DNA of 64,000 nucleotides. Origin: Mytilus trossulus. Taxonomy: Eukaryota. This document shows positions 1 to 21,459 of the stretch, in pieces (the stretch's first letter is position 1; each line of letters starts with the position of its first letter). The DNA lies in assembly GCF_036588685.1 (NCBI RefSeq), contig NC_086373.1, forward strand, positions 34,410,001 to 34,474,000, written 5' to 3'. The notes under the pieces are model-generated. The model was not told where the DNA came from, searched no databases, and was given only the letters and a program-made list of their open reading frames with translations. A program made the translations under genes and the position numbers.

Positions 1-231
1 TTAACTAGATCATGTGATATCAGGCTGAGATTACTGAGATGTCCAAAGTCTGTTTTGTCAGACAAGCTGAGTGTGTACTTTATGTGTGATCATAAAATTA
101 TAAAATCTTAATTAAGACACAAAACAATTATGTTACAAGTGTAAGTAACATCATTAAATTCAATCAACAAGATTAACCTCATAAGGTAAATTGATCACTG
201 GTGTAAACAATCTGGGTTTGAACTGGTTTGA

Positions 232-363
232 ACTGGTCAAATTTCACCTGAAAATTTTAGCACCACGGATAAGAATTATACATCGCGGTAAGACCGATAG
301 AACCACGGTAAAAAATTATACATCGCGGGCCCGCGGTCCTTTTAGGGCCTGGGGAGAACACTG
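232..363. mobile_element. Right end of a hAT-like MITE (ends GGGGAGAACACTG) with short internal direct repeats
   Basis: The terminus reads CAGTGTTCTCCCC on the - strand, like the other CAG-ended MITEs in this window. The repeat ccacgg...aattatacatcgcgg occurs twice. The left end was not identified. Confidence 0.45.
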
Positions 364-579
364 CAGTTTCTTTGAGGAGTTGCTGAACCATGAAAATAAT
401 GTCATAGACAAATTTATAACAAATGCCAGCAAGTAAAAAGATAACATTTATTAATATTAAATGAAAAATAATGAAATTTATCTAAAATAAAAATTAAATG
501 TCTCATGTATGTGAAGTTTTGTTTCTAGTAGTTCCAGTTGAAATCCCATTCATGTCACACATCAAACCTTAATACTGAC

Positions 580-3500
580 CTGTGTGATGCGAGGAGAATT
601 TCTGGAGCTCTGTACCATCGAGTTGCTACATATTCTGTTAAATTAGGATCACCCGTCTCAGCATCTATACCAATCTGAGACAGTGACCTTGCCAGGCCAA
701 AGTCACATACCTTCATTACACACTCACTATCCAACAAAATGTTTGAAGGCTGAAAAATAAGTTTTGTCTGATTTATTCATTCTTCACTTATTCTTCGATA
801 CGTTGTTATGGAAAATATCTATTCTATCCTGTTTGAATGGTTTTACACTAGTAATTTTGGGGCCCTTTATAGCTTGTTGTTCGGTGTGAGCCAAGGCTCT
901 GTGTTGAAGGCGGTACTTTAACCTATAATGGTTTCTTTTTAAATTGTTATTTGGATGGAGAGTTGTCTCATTAGCACTCACACCACATCTTCCTATATCT
1001 AAAAGTGACATGCATTTAACTAATTCATAGCTGATTAATCCCCCCCCAAACTGTTTATTATCTTTTTATGCAATGTATCACTATGGTTTCATTGATCTTT
1101 AATAGTTCTCCATTGGTCAAAAATCAATTATGATACTTTTTTCCTGCTTTCAATTGATTTGAAAAATACATTATCTTTTACACAGATCATTGAAAAAAAT
1201 GCTCAAGTATTTTCCTGAAATTGCAATGGTTTATGCATGCAATAATTTACTAACCTACAGTAAATATAGCATTAAATACCATTGATTTATTTATTTCTAC
1301 GATTGAATGTGATTGTATTTTGTATGTATTTACCTCTTGTTTCACATGTGAATGTAACAGAGTGTTTTTAAATTAACCATATTGTATTGTTTTCAATCAT
1401 TTTCATTCTGATATATGACAAATTAATTATTTTCATTGTATTGAATTGTTCACCATATATATATAAGGGATATACCTTATGATCTCTGTGTATTACATTC
1501 CCACTGTGTAAGTACTTGGTGGCTTTGAGTAACTGGTACATAATATATCTCTTGTGTACATCTTTAAGTATATTCCCTCTCTTAATTACATTATGTAAAT
1601 CTGTCTCTGTAATTAAAATCAAATAATGCATTACAAACAAGTGAAACTGCGAGCTACTGCTCACTGATGATACCCCCGCCTCAAGTGGATAATATCAATT
1701 GTGTAAAAATATGCAAGTGTTTGGTAAACAGGAAGTTGTCGAGTGATGAATCTGAAAACGCATCACACAGTATAGCTGACTTATATAAATCCTGAAACCA
1801 AATTTTCAGAAATCCTTGTATTGTAGTTTCTGAGAAAAATGTGACGAAAATTTTCAACTTGGCTATCATGTGTAAAATCATACAAGTGTTAGGTAAACAG
1901 AAAGATGTCAAGTGATCAATCTGAAAACGCATCACACGGTATAGCTGACTTAGATAAACCCTGAAACCAAATTTCAGAAATCCTTGTATTGTAGTTCCTG
2001 AGAAAAATTGCGATGAAAAATATTCATGGAACGGACGGACTGACAGACAGAGGTAAAACAGTATATCCCCCTTTTTTAAAACGGTTAAAGCGGGGGTATA
2101 AAAATGTACTTACTTTATTAACTTTTAAAAATAAAAAAGTAAACACAAAAGCAAAATTGAGGTCTTAGTTCAACCATAGGTCCTCACAATGAGATAAGTA
2201 TTGAATATTTTTTCAAAAAATTAAATTGCTTCACCAAGCGCAGCTGGGTAGACCGCAGATGTCCAACCCTGAACAATTAAGGAGAAAATGGACACAATAC
2301 TCGTGCTTGATACAGGTCTGTATTTGGATTGTATTTAAATATTTGACACATAATAGGTTTCTGACACTGAATAGATGTAGTCAAAGAACTTAGAATTGGT
2401 TATATAATTTGAATTTATATAATATTTTTTTTTGCTTTTGAGCAATACATAATGCTGTTGCGCAGAGAAAAATAAAATTTTACCACCTTTTTATTTGCTT
2501 TTGTGCATAACACTATGCTGTTGTGAATTGCCCCCTTTTCAACTTTGGGCAATACACTATGATGTTGCGAATTGACCCCCCTTTTTGGTCCCTAATTCCT
2601 ATATGGTTTGAGCTATAACCCCAAAAAGCCAATCCTAACCATCCCTTTGTTGTATGGGAACTGGTGGTATAATTTTGGAGAGATCCGAACACCATTCCAC
2701 AAGTCATTGTCTGGAAACTAGAAAAATACTTATTTATTAATGTATCCTACTGTTATAACACAAATGCAAGTTTGAAGATATGAAATACAACCCCTCAAGT
2801 AGGTATGTTTAAGTGATTTTGGTCCATAGTAAATGAGGCATGAAATGTAGCCTACCAGACATGCCAGAATCTGAATTAAACTACAGTAGTTCTAATTTTC
2901 TTATTTTATTCATTTACTAAATAATAAAAAATCCCAAACTTACCCATAAATTCAAAGACCAAATAAATATCCTTATCATTTTCTGCTTTTATGACATTAT
3001 GTAATTTGATTATATTAGCATGGTCTCCAAATTCCTGTAGGAACATAATCTCTCTGAACGTTCTCTGAAAAACAAGTACAGATGTATACCAATTTATGTA
3101 AAATAATCACTTATAAAATACTCAACACATATAACTTTTGCTTTAATGTTTAAAACATCTGCACTTATTGGCCTGATGACTCATCAGATGAAAGCAGACT
3201 ATATATCTATTGTACTATCATTGACTATGCAGTCATTTTTAAAAATATGGTAAAATGATGCTTTAGTCATGTTACATGTTTGAAGATGATGCTGTAATAT
3301 GAAAAAGAAAGAAGAGATGTCATTTCAAAATTCCAGGTTAACCAAAATGATGTAAACAACAGCCGGGTGATTTAACATGGGGGATTAGCCAATCAAAATA
3401 GTCAATCTGATGTTATATAACAATGTAGTAATTTTACTATTTACATTACGACACCTTTTTTAAAATTGTATATATACAGGTACATGTATCTGTGCATGAG

Positions 3501-5397
3501 AAGTTTGCAATTTTTAAGAAGAGTGTTAAGAATTTTTACACTTGTGTTCCTTTCCTTTTTTATTAAACTTAGAACTTTATCACTGTGAAACAATGTTATT
3601 ATAATAATTACAAATGTATTTCCTTAAGTTACAAGACTTGCTTCAAAAACATGATAGAGTATACATTGTACATGTCTATTTCCCTACCTGTGCATCTGTC
3701 TGATTTCTAAAGGCATCAAAGATCTTTTTGACTGCAACAACCTCACCGGTTCTCCTATCAATTGCTTTCCATACAATACCATATGCCTGTTAATATAAAC
3801 ATATATCATGTATATAATTATATAATGAACGCACACTAAAAAATAAAAGATGACACTACTGCCTGTGACCTATAGAGGTGGTAATGCATTTTAGTCCATC
3901 AGGCGTTCAACGGTAATTTTCATCTACTGTTAGTAGTGTCAAATTGGATAAAATTTTATCATGATTTGTTAAAATAATCTTATCGTGATTTGTCAGATGT
4001 CTCAAATAATTATTGTTACCGTTTGGGGAAAAAAATGGCGTGACTAGTCAAATTCAGCTGATTTTTTTATTGTCTAAAAGAAAAGTGTACATTTTATCAC
4101 CATGCACTTAAATTACCATTAACGTAATTTGTCCAGAATTTTTACCATTAAACATCACGAAGGCACCCCCATTACTACTCTCATTATAATTTCCCTATAC
4201 CTGGACCCAAATATTTAATACCAGGTAAACAAAAAGCGGGTTCGGCTTCAGAGTGATCTGTTTGCATTTTGGATCATGATCAAAAGTTAATATTTTTCCA
4301 AATTCATATGGGACTGGTCTGGGATCTCCTGTAGTTGGTGATCGCAATACTGGTATACCAGTATTGTGCACAATACTGGTATAAAAATTTTGTACCAGTA
4401 TTGTATTCCAGTATTGTACCAGTATTGTGTTTTTTTGTTTTTTTTTGTAAATAAACAATACATAGGTAATTAATCTTTTATTAAATGTGTCACATAATGC
4501 AATTAACATATGACATGACTATTATAAGGTATTTGAATAATTAGACATATATAGGTAATTAAGCACTAATTTAATTTTAAACATAATGATATTAAATACT
4601 GATATATATTATATATGATAATGTTCTTTTAGCACTAATAATAAAACAAAAGCATGATGTATAACAATTGTTAAATTCACATGTTTAAATGGTGATACAC
4701 TGCAATTGTCATCAATGAAAGCTTCAAGTCTTCTGTTGTTTTTGTTTTCATGTTACCATACTGTCCAAGTATTTCCACAAAGTCTTTATTTTCTTCTAAC
4801 TTTTCTTTAAGTTCTTTCTTGCCTAAACTCATGGTATACTTAAGTGAATTTTGTATGGACATTGCTGTGATTGCTGCTGTATCGTCAGCATTAGTGTCAT
4901 CAATTTCTTCAGCAGATGGAATTTCTGCCACCCTCCTCTTTCTGTATTCATATTCAGTCTCTGTGGACTTTCTCTTTCTCTTCACAACATGTCCAGCTTC
5001 CTCTGATGGTAATTGTACAGCCCTCTTACTGTCATAGGAGTTGGAGTGTTGACGCCATAGGATTGTGGCAGCATCTTTGGCCTTGGTTGTACTTTTAATT
5101 GTACCAGATGATATATCTTTTAGAAATTGTGAAGCCCATGATTCTGGATCATGTGCCTCACCCTTTGCCATACAGAATGCCAATTTTTTGTTTCTTGTCA
5201 CTTCATTTTTACTTAATATTTTCTTTGTAAGAAGAGTCTGTGATTAGCTTAAGAGGTCTAGTTATGGCACATATGTTGGCCTGGTCTAGTTGTTCTGTTG
5301 ACCAGTTCATGAAATAATTGTTGTTGTGTCTGGTTACAATGATGTGTACTCTGTCTAATACAGACATCTGCTTAGGAAAGTCTGGAAAAGGAGTGTA

Positions 5398-5434
<37 letters not shown>

Positions 5435-8400
5435 CTTTTTCTTAGGGCAAGAAAAGGGTGGGCTTATCTCGCCCCGTTAACACAAAGATATAACAGTTAA
5501 GGGTATTTAACAGGTTTGGGTTGGGCTCATATAGCCTTTATTTTATCTAATTTTCTCAATTTCAAATTGTTCTTCTTAGCCACTTCTTCGATGTTCAATT
5601 TACGTTCTTCTGAGTACAAGAAATTCTTCTTGTCTCGTACATCTAACCAGTGGTCATGACTTCTTTTGATGGCGCTGTAGAAAGTCGGATCTTTTTCTTT
5701 TTCTATCAGATTATAGGGGTACAGCTTATCTGAATAAACAAGGATAAAACTGTTTTCCTTTTCAACTTCGAACAGAAAGGTCTTTTGTGGGAGGTCGAGT
5801 GTTATCTTTCCTATCCTGTATCTTGTAGTTTTTTCGTGTTTTTCCGTTCCTGCATAACTTGCTGAAAGTTGACCCTCGGCACCTGTTGTGCAGGCGGGAT
5901 CCTCGTGTGGTTTACAGGATAGTGTTCTGTCATCATTGGGTACTGTGATTAACGGTTCTTCCTGTGTAATCATTTCCTCTGTATGTTGAGCGGTATTTTC
6001 TCCGTTCTCTTCGGTATTGTTGGTAAGCTCTACATCGGGGTCATTTTCTAGACATTTATTTTGAGCGGGTTCTCCATTCTCACTTGTCGTTGGTGTGGAC
6101 GTCGATGGTGCGGACTTCTTAGCTATATAAGCTTCTAGACGGCGTTTGTTCCTGTCTGATCTAGCTTTTGATGACCGTTTCCGTGTCTTTTGTACTGTAG
6201 GTGACTCGGTCTGCACTTCATGTTGTCTGGACTTTTTCCATCTTATTACTAGCTTGTAATCTCCATTCCTTGCTGAGAGGTCCCAGTTGGCGGTTTGATG
6301 TTCAAGTAAGTGTATAATGGTGAAGATATCTCCAGTCAACAACGAAGGTGAGCATGACTCACTGCTCGAGGTCATAACGATCCACCTCTGCCTGACATGT
6401 TTAACTATTTGTGGTGATTAGTTAAATAAGGAGTGTAATACCAGCCATATCAAAAGTGGTTAATGAGGATAGGCATGAATATTAGTTTATTTATTGTACT
6501 CTGATTTAATCTGTTGTAAAAACAGTAATTTTCATTGGTTGATAAAAAATAATTTAAGAATATACACAAGCTCTAATTAATCATGTTAATTGGATAAAAA
6601 ATAACCAAAAACATCTAATAAATTGGAAAGTAATTAAGAAATGACCTACACATTCATGGAGATAATAATTCCCTAAATAACATGATTAAGCTCATATTTC
6701 ATAGTTTACTGTAAAAGATAAATATATATAAATAAAGCAGAAAAACACATACATGTACATGTGTCATATTAACATTATTTTATTTATATCTATAATAATT
6801 TCATATTATATTATATATATAGTCATCTATCTTCTTACTTTATCAGATTATGAATATAAGATAATTTCAAAGATTAATGTTTTAAAAAAAAAATATACTC
6901 TAAAAATATGAAAGAGGTACTAGTATCATTAAAAGATGAGAAAAACACATAAATTATTAATATATGATTAACAATTGTTTGAATAATATAATTTAATTAC
7001 AATAATCTTTTGAAAATATTTGTATCTCTTTGATCTTAATTAGGGTATAAAGAAGCATGCTTATATTTAATGAGCTGTTGATTAATTTCAATTATCCTCT
7101 TTAATCTTTTTGAGTTCAGTTAATCCCTCTTTGATCTTTAATATTTAATTTTACTTAAAATTCCTTTATTTGTTTTATACTTTCAAAACACAAGCTCATC
7201 TGTGTCTTTAAGTACTGGTCAATGATAGAGTGGTTCATTGAATGTTAAACCTCTCACTTAGATATGGCTAGCTTCTTTACAGATCTTGCACCAAATGTTA
7301 TTTTTAACAGTGACCCTACAGCAGTTATTGACTTCATGAAAAGCCACAAACTATTAGCAGACTCATGTAATTGTACATGCTGTACCAAACCAATGGAGCT
7401 AGTTGCTAGACCAACAACATCAGATGGTTTTGGATGGAGATGCACCAACCAAAGATGTCAAAAACGCCACACATTCCGCACCATCCGTACAGGGTCCTTC
7501 TTTGAGAAATCCAAGGTCACTCTTACTAAATGGTTGTATGCTATATACTTATGGAGTCAAGAAAGCAAAGTAAATACAGTGGTAAAGCAAGTTGATATAG
7601 GTGAAAAAACTGTGATACAAATGTATCAGTACCTACGTGATGTCTGCTCCACAAAGCTTCTAAACACACCTATTGAACTTGGTGGACCTGGAGTGGTGGT
7701 CCAAATTGATGAGAGTCTATTCAACCACAAGTCCAAATACAACAGAGGTAGACGACCTAAGAAAGAATTATGGGTATTTGGCCTGGCTGACACATCATTC
7801 AAACCTGCCATTACTTACATGGAATTAGTAGAGAAGAGAGACGCAGCTACGTTATTACCCATTATTGAAAAGGCAGTGAAACCTGGTACCATTATATACT
7901 CAGACCAGTGGAAGGCTTACTGCAATATACAAAGAGATCTGAAACTACAGCATGCAACAGTCAACCATTCAGTGAATTTTGTTGACCCTGAAACAGGGGT
8001 GCACACACAAGCCATTGAATCGTACTGGGCTAAGGCCAAATATAAGTTCAAAGTAATGAAAGGTGTATCATCAGACCTTCTTCCAAACTATCTTGATGAA
8101 AGAATGTGGAGAGATCGTTGGGGCTCAAGTAAAGATAACATATTCACCAACATATTAGCCCATATTTCTGAACAGTATCCAGTGTAATTAGTTGACAAGT
8201 AGAAGTGAGATAGACAATACATTATCAGTATTTAGTGCTTTTATAATGAACAATTGTTATAGTCATGATAGTGCTCTAACTTTATCATATGTATTCTGGT
8301 CTGTTGATAGAAAAACATTTGAGACTGAACCGAAACTCTGATGGGGATTACAGACGTCAAAGTCACTGAAATCAAGTATCAACACATCGGGGCTCTCATT

Positions 8401-8553
8401 GCGGCAACATTCGTTAGAAATGCGTTCACAATTACGTTTAAGTGAGAAACTAACACCGTTTATTTGTCCAAAGTATAAAATACTAACCCCTTTACCGAGC
8501 CGCTTCTTGATTTCATACTTTTTGGTTATATGGGGCTCTATTTCAGTACTCAT
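580..8553 (-). CDS. MAPK15: Mitogen-activated protein kinase 15 (ERK7/ERK8), 5' five coding exons; gene continues beyond the left edge
   Basis: Exons (- strand): 8553-8488 ([22 protein letters not shown]), 3786-3688 ([33 protein letters not shown]), 3064-2944 ([40 protein letters not shown]), 1606-1476 ([44 protein letters not shown]), 749-580 ([22 protein letters not shown]...[21 protein letters not shown]). All introns are GT-AG with matching phases. GxGxxG, VAVK, HRD, DFG, TEY and APE motifs are present; [20 protein letters not shown] is characteristic of MAPK15. Confidence 0.96.
790..1000 (+). mobile_element. SINE 3' fragment (ends agttgtctcatt...accacatcttc)
   Basis: Near-identical to the reverse complement of 16290-16495 and related to the tails at 15592-15715, 33460-33670 and 45565-45940. 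Confidence 0.7.
1636..2103. mobile_element. Helentron-associated non-autonomous element (HINE/DINE-1-like)
   Basis: Two internal tandem units with a 169-bp period (starting 1711 and 1880), a GACG/GACA microsatellite (about 2028-2050), and a terminal ccccc...gcgggggtataaaa hairpin-like end in an A-rich site. Confidence 0.7.
2230..2730. mobile_element. HINE-like repeat fragment
   Basis: 2295-2370 matches the reverse complement of about 22895-22978 (tgtgtcagaaacctattatgtgtcaaat...cagacctgtatcaagcacga). Confidence 0.5.
4345..4427. repeat. Array of six TACCAGTATTG motifs in both orientations, forming overlapping palindromes
   Basis: Copies at 4345-4355(rc), 4356-4366, 4371-4381(rc), 4393-4403, 4406-4416 (1 mismatch) and 4417-4427. 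Perfect palindromes at 4345-4366 (22 bp) and 4354-4383 (30 bp). Confidence 0.9.
5401..6427 (-). mobile_element. Retroposed, poly(A)-tailed non-autonomous element or retrocopy (1027 bp) with a 13-bp TSD
   Basis: Exact direct repeat AAGGAGTGTAATA at 5388-5400 and 6428-6440. A 34-nt T run at 5401-5434 is the poly(A) tail on the - strand. Single intronless ORF with no RT or endonuclease motifs. Confidence 0.92.
5527..6375 (-). CDS. 282-aa protein of unknown function encoded by the retroposed element
   Basis: Intact ORF filling most of the element: N-terminal segment with WDLS...LVIRW, a basic helix ([23 protein letters not shown]), an acidic low-complexity linker, and an apparently folded C-terminal region. 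Confidence 0.75.
   Translation of the reverse strand: MTSSSESCSPSLLTGDIFTIIHLLEHQTANWDLSARNGDYKLVIRWKKSRQHEVQTESPTVQKTRKRSSKARSDRNKRRLEAYIAKKSAPSTSTPTTSENGEPAQNKCLENDPDVELTNNTEENGENTAQHTEEMITQEEPLITVPNDDRTLSCKPHEDPACTTGAEGQLSASYAGTEKHEKTTRYRIGKITLDLPQKTFLFEVEKENSFILVYSDKLYPYNLIEKEKDPTFYSAIKRSHDHWLDVRDKKNFLYSEERKLNIEEVAKKNNLKLRKLDKIKAI
7264..8187 (+). CDS. Merlin / IS1595 (ISXO2)-like DDE transposase, intact 307 aa
   Basis: N-terminal Zn-ribbon cysteines (CxxC...WRCxxxxC), [20 protein letters not shown] (D1), [19 protein letters not shown] (D2), TVNHS...HTQAIESYW (E), YLDE. Confidence 0.95.
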   Translation: MASFFTDLAPNVIFNSDPTAVIDFMKSHKLLADSCNCTCCTKPMELVARPTTSDGFGWRCTNQRCQKRHTFRTIRTGSFFEKSKVTLTKWLYAIYLWSQESKVNTVVKQVDIGEKTVIQMYQYLRDVCSTKLLNTPIELGGPGVVVQIDESLFNHKSKYNRGRRPKKELWVFGLADTSFKPAITYMELVEKRDAATLLPIIEKAVKPGTIIYSDQWKAYCNIQRDLKLQHATVNHSVNFVDPETGVHTQAIESYWAKAKYKFKVMKGVSSDLLPNYLDERMWRDRWGSSKDNIFTNILAHISEQYPV

Positions 8554-8939
8554 ATTTTCAGACCATTAGTTTGATTACATCAAATTCCGACATGAATGTC
8601 AAATCACTTGTAAATAAATCCTACGCTATAATAAAGTTCTAATCTTGAATCGGTTTACGAACGAAATCACGCTGTGTTCGTTTTTAATAATATATTTTAA
8701 AGACTTTGACAAAATTTAAGATATGTCAAAAGACAAAACTATGACAATCAATTATGATTTCTTTCGTGACGCGTATTAATATTAAAAGTAATTGGAATTT
8801 ACACAATTATTTTTACGTCATCAATTTTGCGAAATTATGTGAAGTTGTCATGGAGCTTATAACCTCTAAACGGGGTTCATGATTTAGCGATTACGTTAAT
8901 GTATCCGGTTTGGAAAATGGCGGGAAACAGCAATTAATA
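8554..8939. promoter_or_regulatory. Putative bidirectional promoter between MAPK15 and the ANK-GNAT gene
   Basis: CpG-retaining 386-bp interval between divergent ATGs (8553 on -, 8940 on +). YY1-like AAAATGGCG (8914-8922) overlaps E2F-like GGCGGGAAA (8919-8927). Partial RFX X-box-like GTTGTCATGG at 8844-8853. Confidence 0.55.
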
Positions 8940-19964
<11,025 letters not shown>

Positions 19965-20129
19965 TGATTATATTTCAAATCTTCAGTATCTACTAAAATG
20001 CCCCATGTGCATGGCCTAGGTTATTCTAGGACAATGATGGCATGATAAACACACAAGAAACCATGAAATATAATGTAGGCTTTTAGGATGGTATTAGATA
20101 CTCATTGCTCACAGATTTGTGGAAAAACT

Positions 20130-20545
20130 ATTGAAGAAAGCAAAAAAACATTGATGTAAATTTAGTACTTTGACATATAATGTGATTTGAGAAATTACAC
20201 TAAGGAAAGCAAAAAACATTGATGTAAATTTAGTATAAGACATATAATGGGACAAGAGTAGAAACACTAAAGTAAAAATCATTGTTGTACAATGATTATT
20301 GTAATATGACATATACAATGTATAATATGAGAAAAAAAATCACTAAAGAGAGTAAAAATTATTGTTGTACAATAAATATTGTAATATGACATATACAATG
20401 TATAATATGAGAAAAAAAACACTAAAGAAGTAAACATTTTTGTTGTACAATAAATATTATAATATGGCATATATGATTTGAGAAAAAAACGCTCAAGAAA
20501 GTAAAAATCATTGTTGTACAATAAATATTGTAATATGACATATAT
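20130..20545 (+). repeat. Degenerate minisatellite, 71-80 bp unit, about 4 clear plus 2 diverged copies
   Basis: Recurring gaaaaaaaacactaaag...attgttgtacaataaatattgtaatatgacatata. The marker aat(a/g)a recurs at 20291, 20371, 20449 and 20520. Confidence 0.85.
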
Positions 20546-20752
20546 GATATATTTACTTTAATGGCCATGAAAGTTTAAAATTATAGTAATTTAACATTGA
20601 ACTGGGATAAACATGGCAAACAATGCATATTGAGTGGCATAAATTGTACTCATTGAAAACATGAAATATTAGATTTTCTTCTTTGAACTACCTTTCCAAT
20701 TTAAGCCACATTTAGAGGGAGTGTTGCTCAGAATAGAAGGTCTTAAAATGAA

Positions 20753-21090
20753 ATAAAATTGAGAATGGAAATGGGGAATGTGTCAAAGAGACAACAACCC
20801 GACCAAATAAAAAACAACAGCAGAAGGTCACCAACAGGTCTTCAATGTAGCGAGAAATTCCCGCACTCGGAGACGTCCTTCAGCTGGCCCCTAAACAAAT
20901 ATATACTAGTTCAGTGATAATGAACGCCATACTAATTTCCAAATTGTACACAAGAAACTAATATAAAAATAATACAAGACTAACAAAGGCCAGAGGCTCC
21001 TGACTTGGGACAGGCGCAAAAATGCGGCGGGGTTAAACATGTTTGTGAGATCTCAACCCTCCCCCTATACCTCTAACCAATGTAGAAAAA
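20753..21090 (-). mobile_element. SINE-like repeat (core tgcgcctgtcccaagtcaggagcc on the - strand)
   Basis: Homologous copies at about 54745-55065, 15900-15973 (fragment) and 27300-27580 (opposite strand). Confidence 0.75.
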
Positions 21091-21459
21091 TGTAAGAAAG
21101 TACAGTTGATCACTAAATCACACAATAAAAAGACTGCACAGTTCTGTTTGAGTTGACCAAGGAAATATTGCACTAAATTTGGAAAGCATGGTCAAAATGG
21201 GAACACAATTTAAAGATAGCTAAGGTAGCCACAGCCTGCCCGATCGGAAAAGCAATAAACACACCAAAAACAAATAAAAACAGAAAATGCGTGTACATGT
21301 ACATTCCTTAGAAGGTTTTAAAAGGTCTCATAAATGTAAATGAAAATTAGCAGTATTTGTGAGAGGTAACTTAAGTAAAGTATTATATATTGAGGGGAAA
21401 AGGACATATTTTTACTACTAAATTACTAATGCATTGTTAGTAAATATTGTAATATGACA

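Larger units (their letters stand above)
4677..6476 (-). pseudogene. Disrupted accessory ORF of unknown function, divergent from the Merlin transposase
   Basis: After removing the 5401-6427 insertion and one TSD copy, 760 nt remain: ATG at 6476, [63 protein letters not shown], one frameshift near 5250, then the open 174-aa frame 5201-4677 with basic NLS-like KRKRK and RKRR. Confidence 0.5.
4337..8187 (+). mobile_element. Merlin-superfamily DNA transposon in MAPK15 intron 1 (left terminus inferred, right terminus not found)
   Basis: Putative left end GGTGATCGCAATACTGGTA at 4337, followed by six alternating copies of an 11-bp motif. Transposase ORF at 7264-8187. No matching right TIR or TSD seen before MAPK15 exon 1. 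Confidence 0.6.

Noticed and set aside
1660-1690. Hammerhead ribozyme at CTGATGA
   Set aside because: No stem II or GAAA follows; it is part of the HINE-like element.
3874-4181. Small MITE with ends agaggtggtaatg / cattactactct
   Set aside because: The inverted similarity is weak and I found no convincing TSD.
4750-5247. Plus-strand ORFs 4750-5037, 4916-5098 and 5065-5247
   Set aside because: Antisense shadows of the minus-strand accessory ORF, with no independent features.
5435-5475. Histone 3' stem-loop at the end of the retroposed element
   Set aside because: It contains CCCTTTTC but not the 6-bp stem, 4-nt loop GGYYYTTTHARRRCC structure, and a poly(A) tail follows.
7264-8187. Bacterial IS1595 insertion, contamination or recent horizontal transfer
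   Set aside because: The ORF lies in a spliceosomal intron and has eukaryotic Merlin signatures (GGPGxxVQIDES, KYNRGR). Merlin is the known eukaryotic branch of this family.
8263-8487. C-terminal part of the 96-aa ORF 8263-8553
   Set aside because: Read-through into intron 1; kinase similarity stops at the GT donor (8487).
20130-20545. CRISPR array
   Set aside because: The units are degenerate tandem copies with no unique spacers, there are no cas genes, and the context is eukaryotic.
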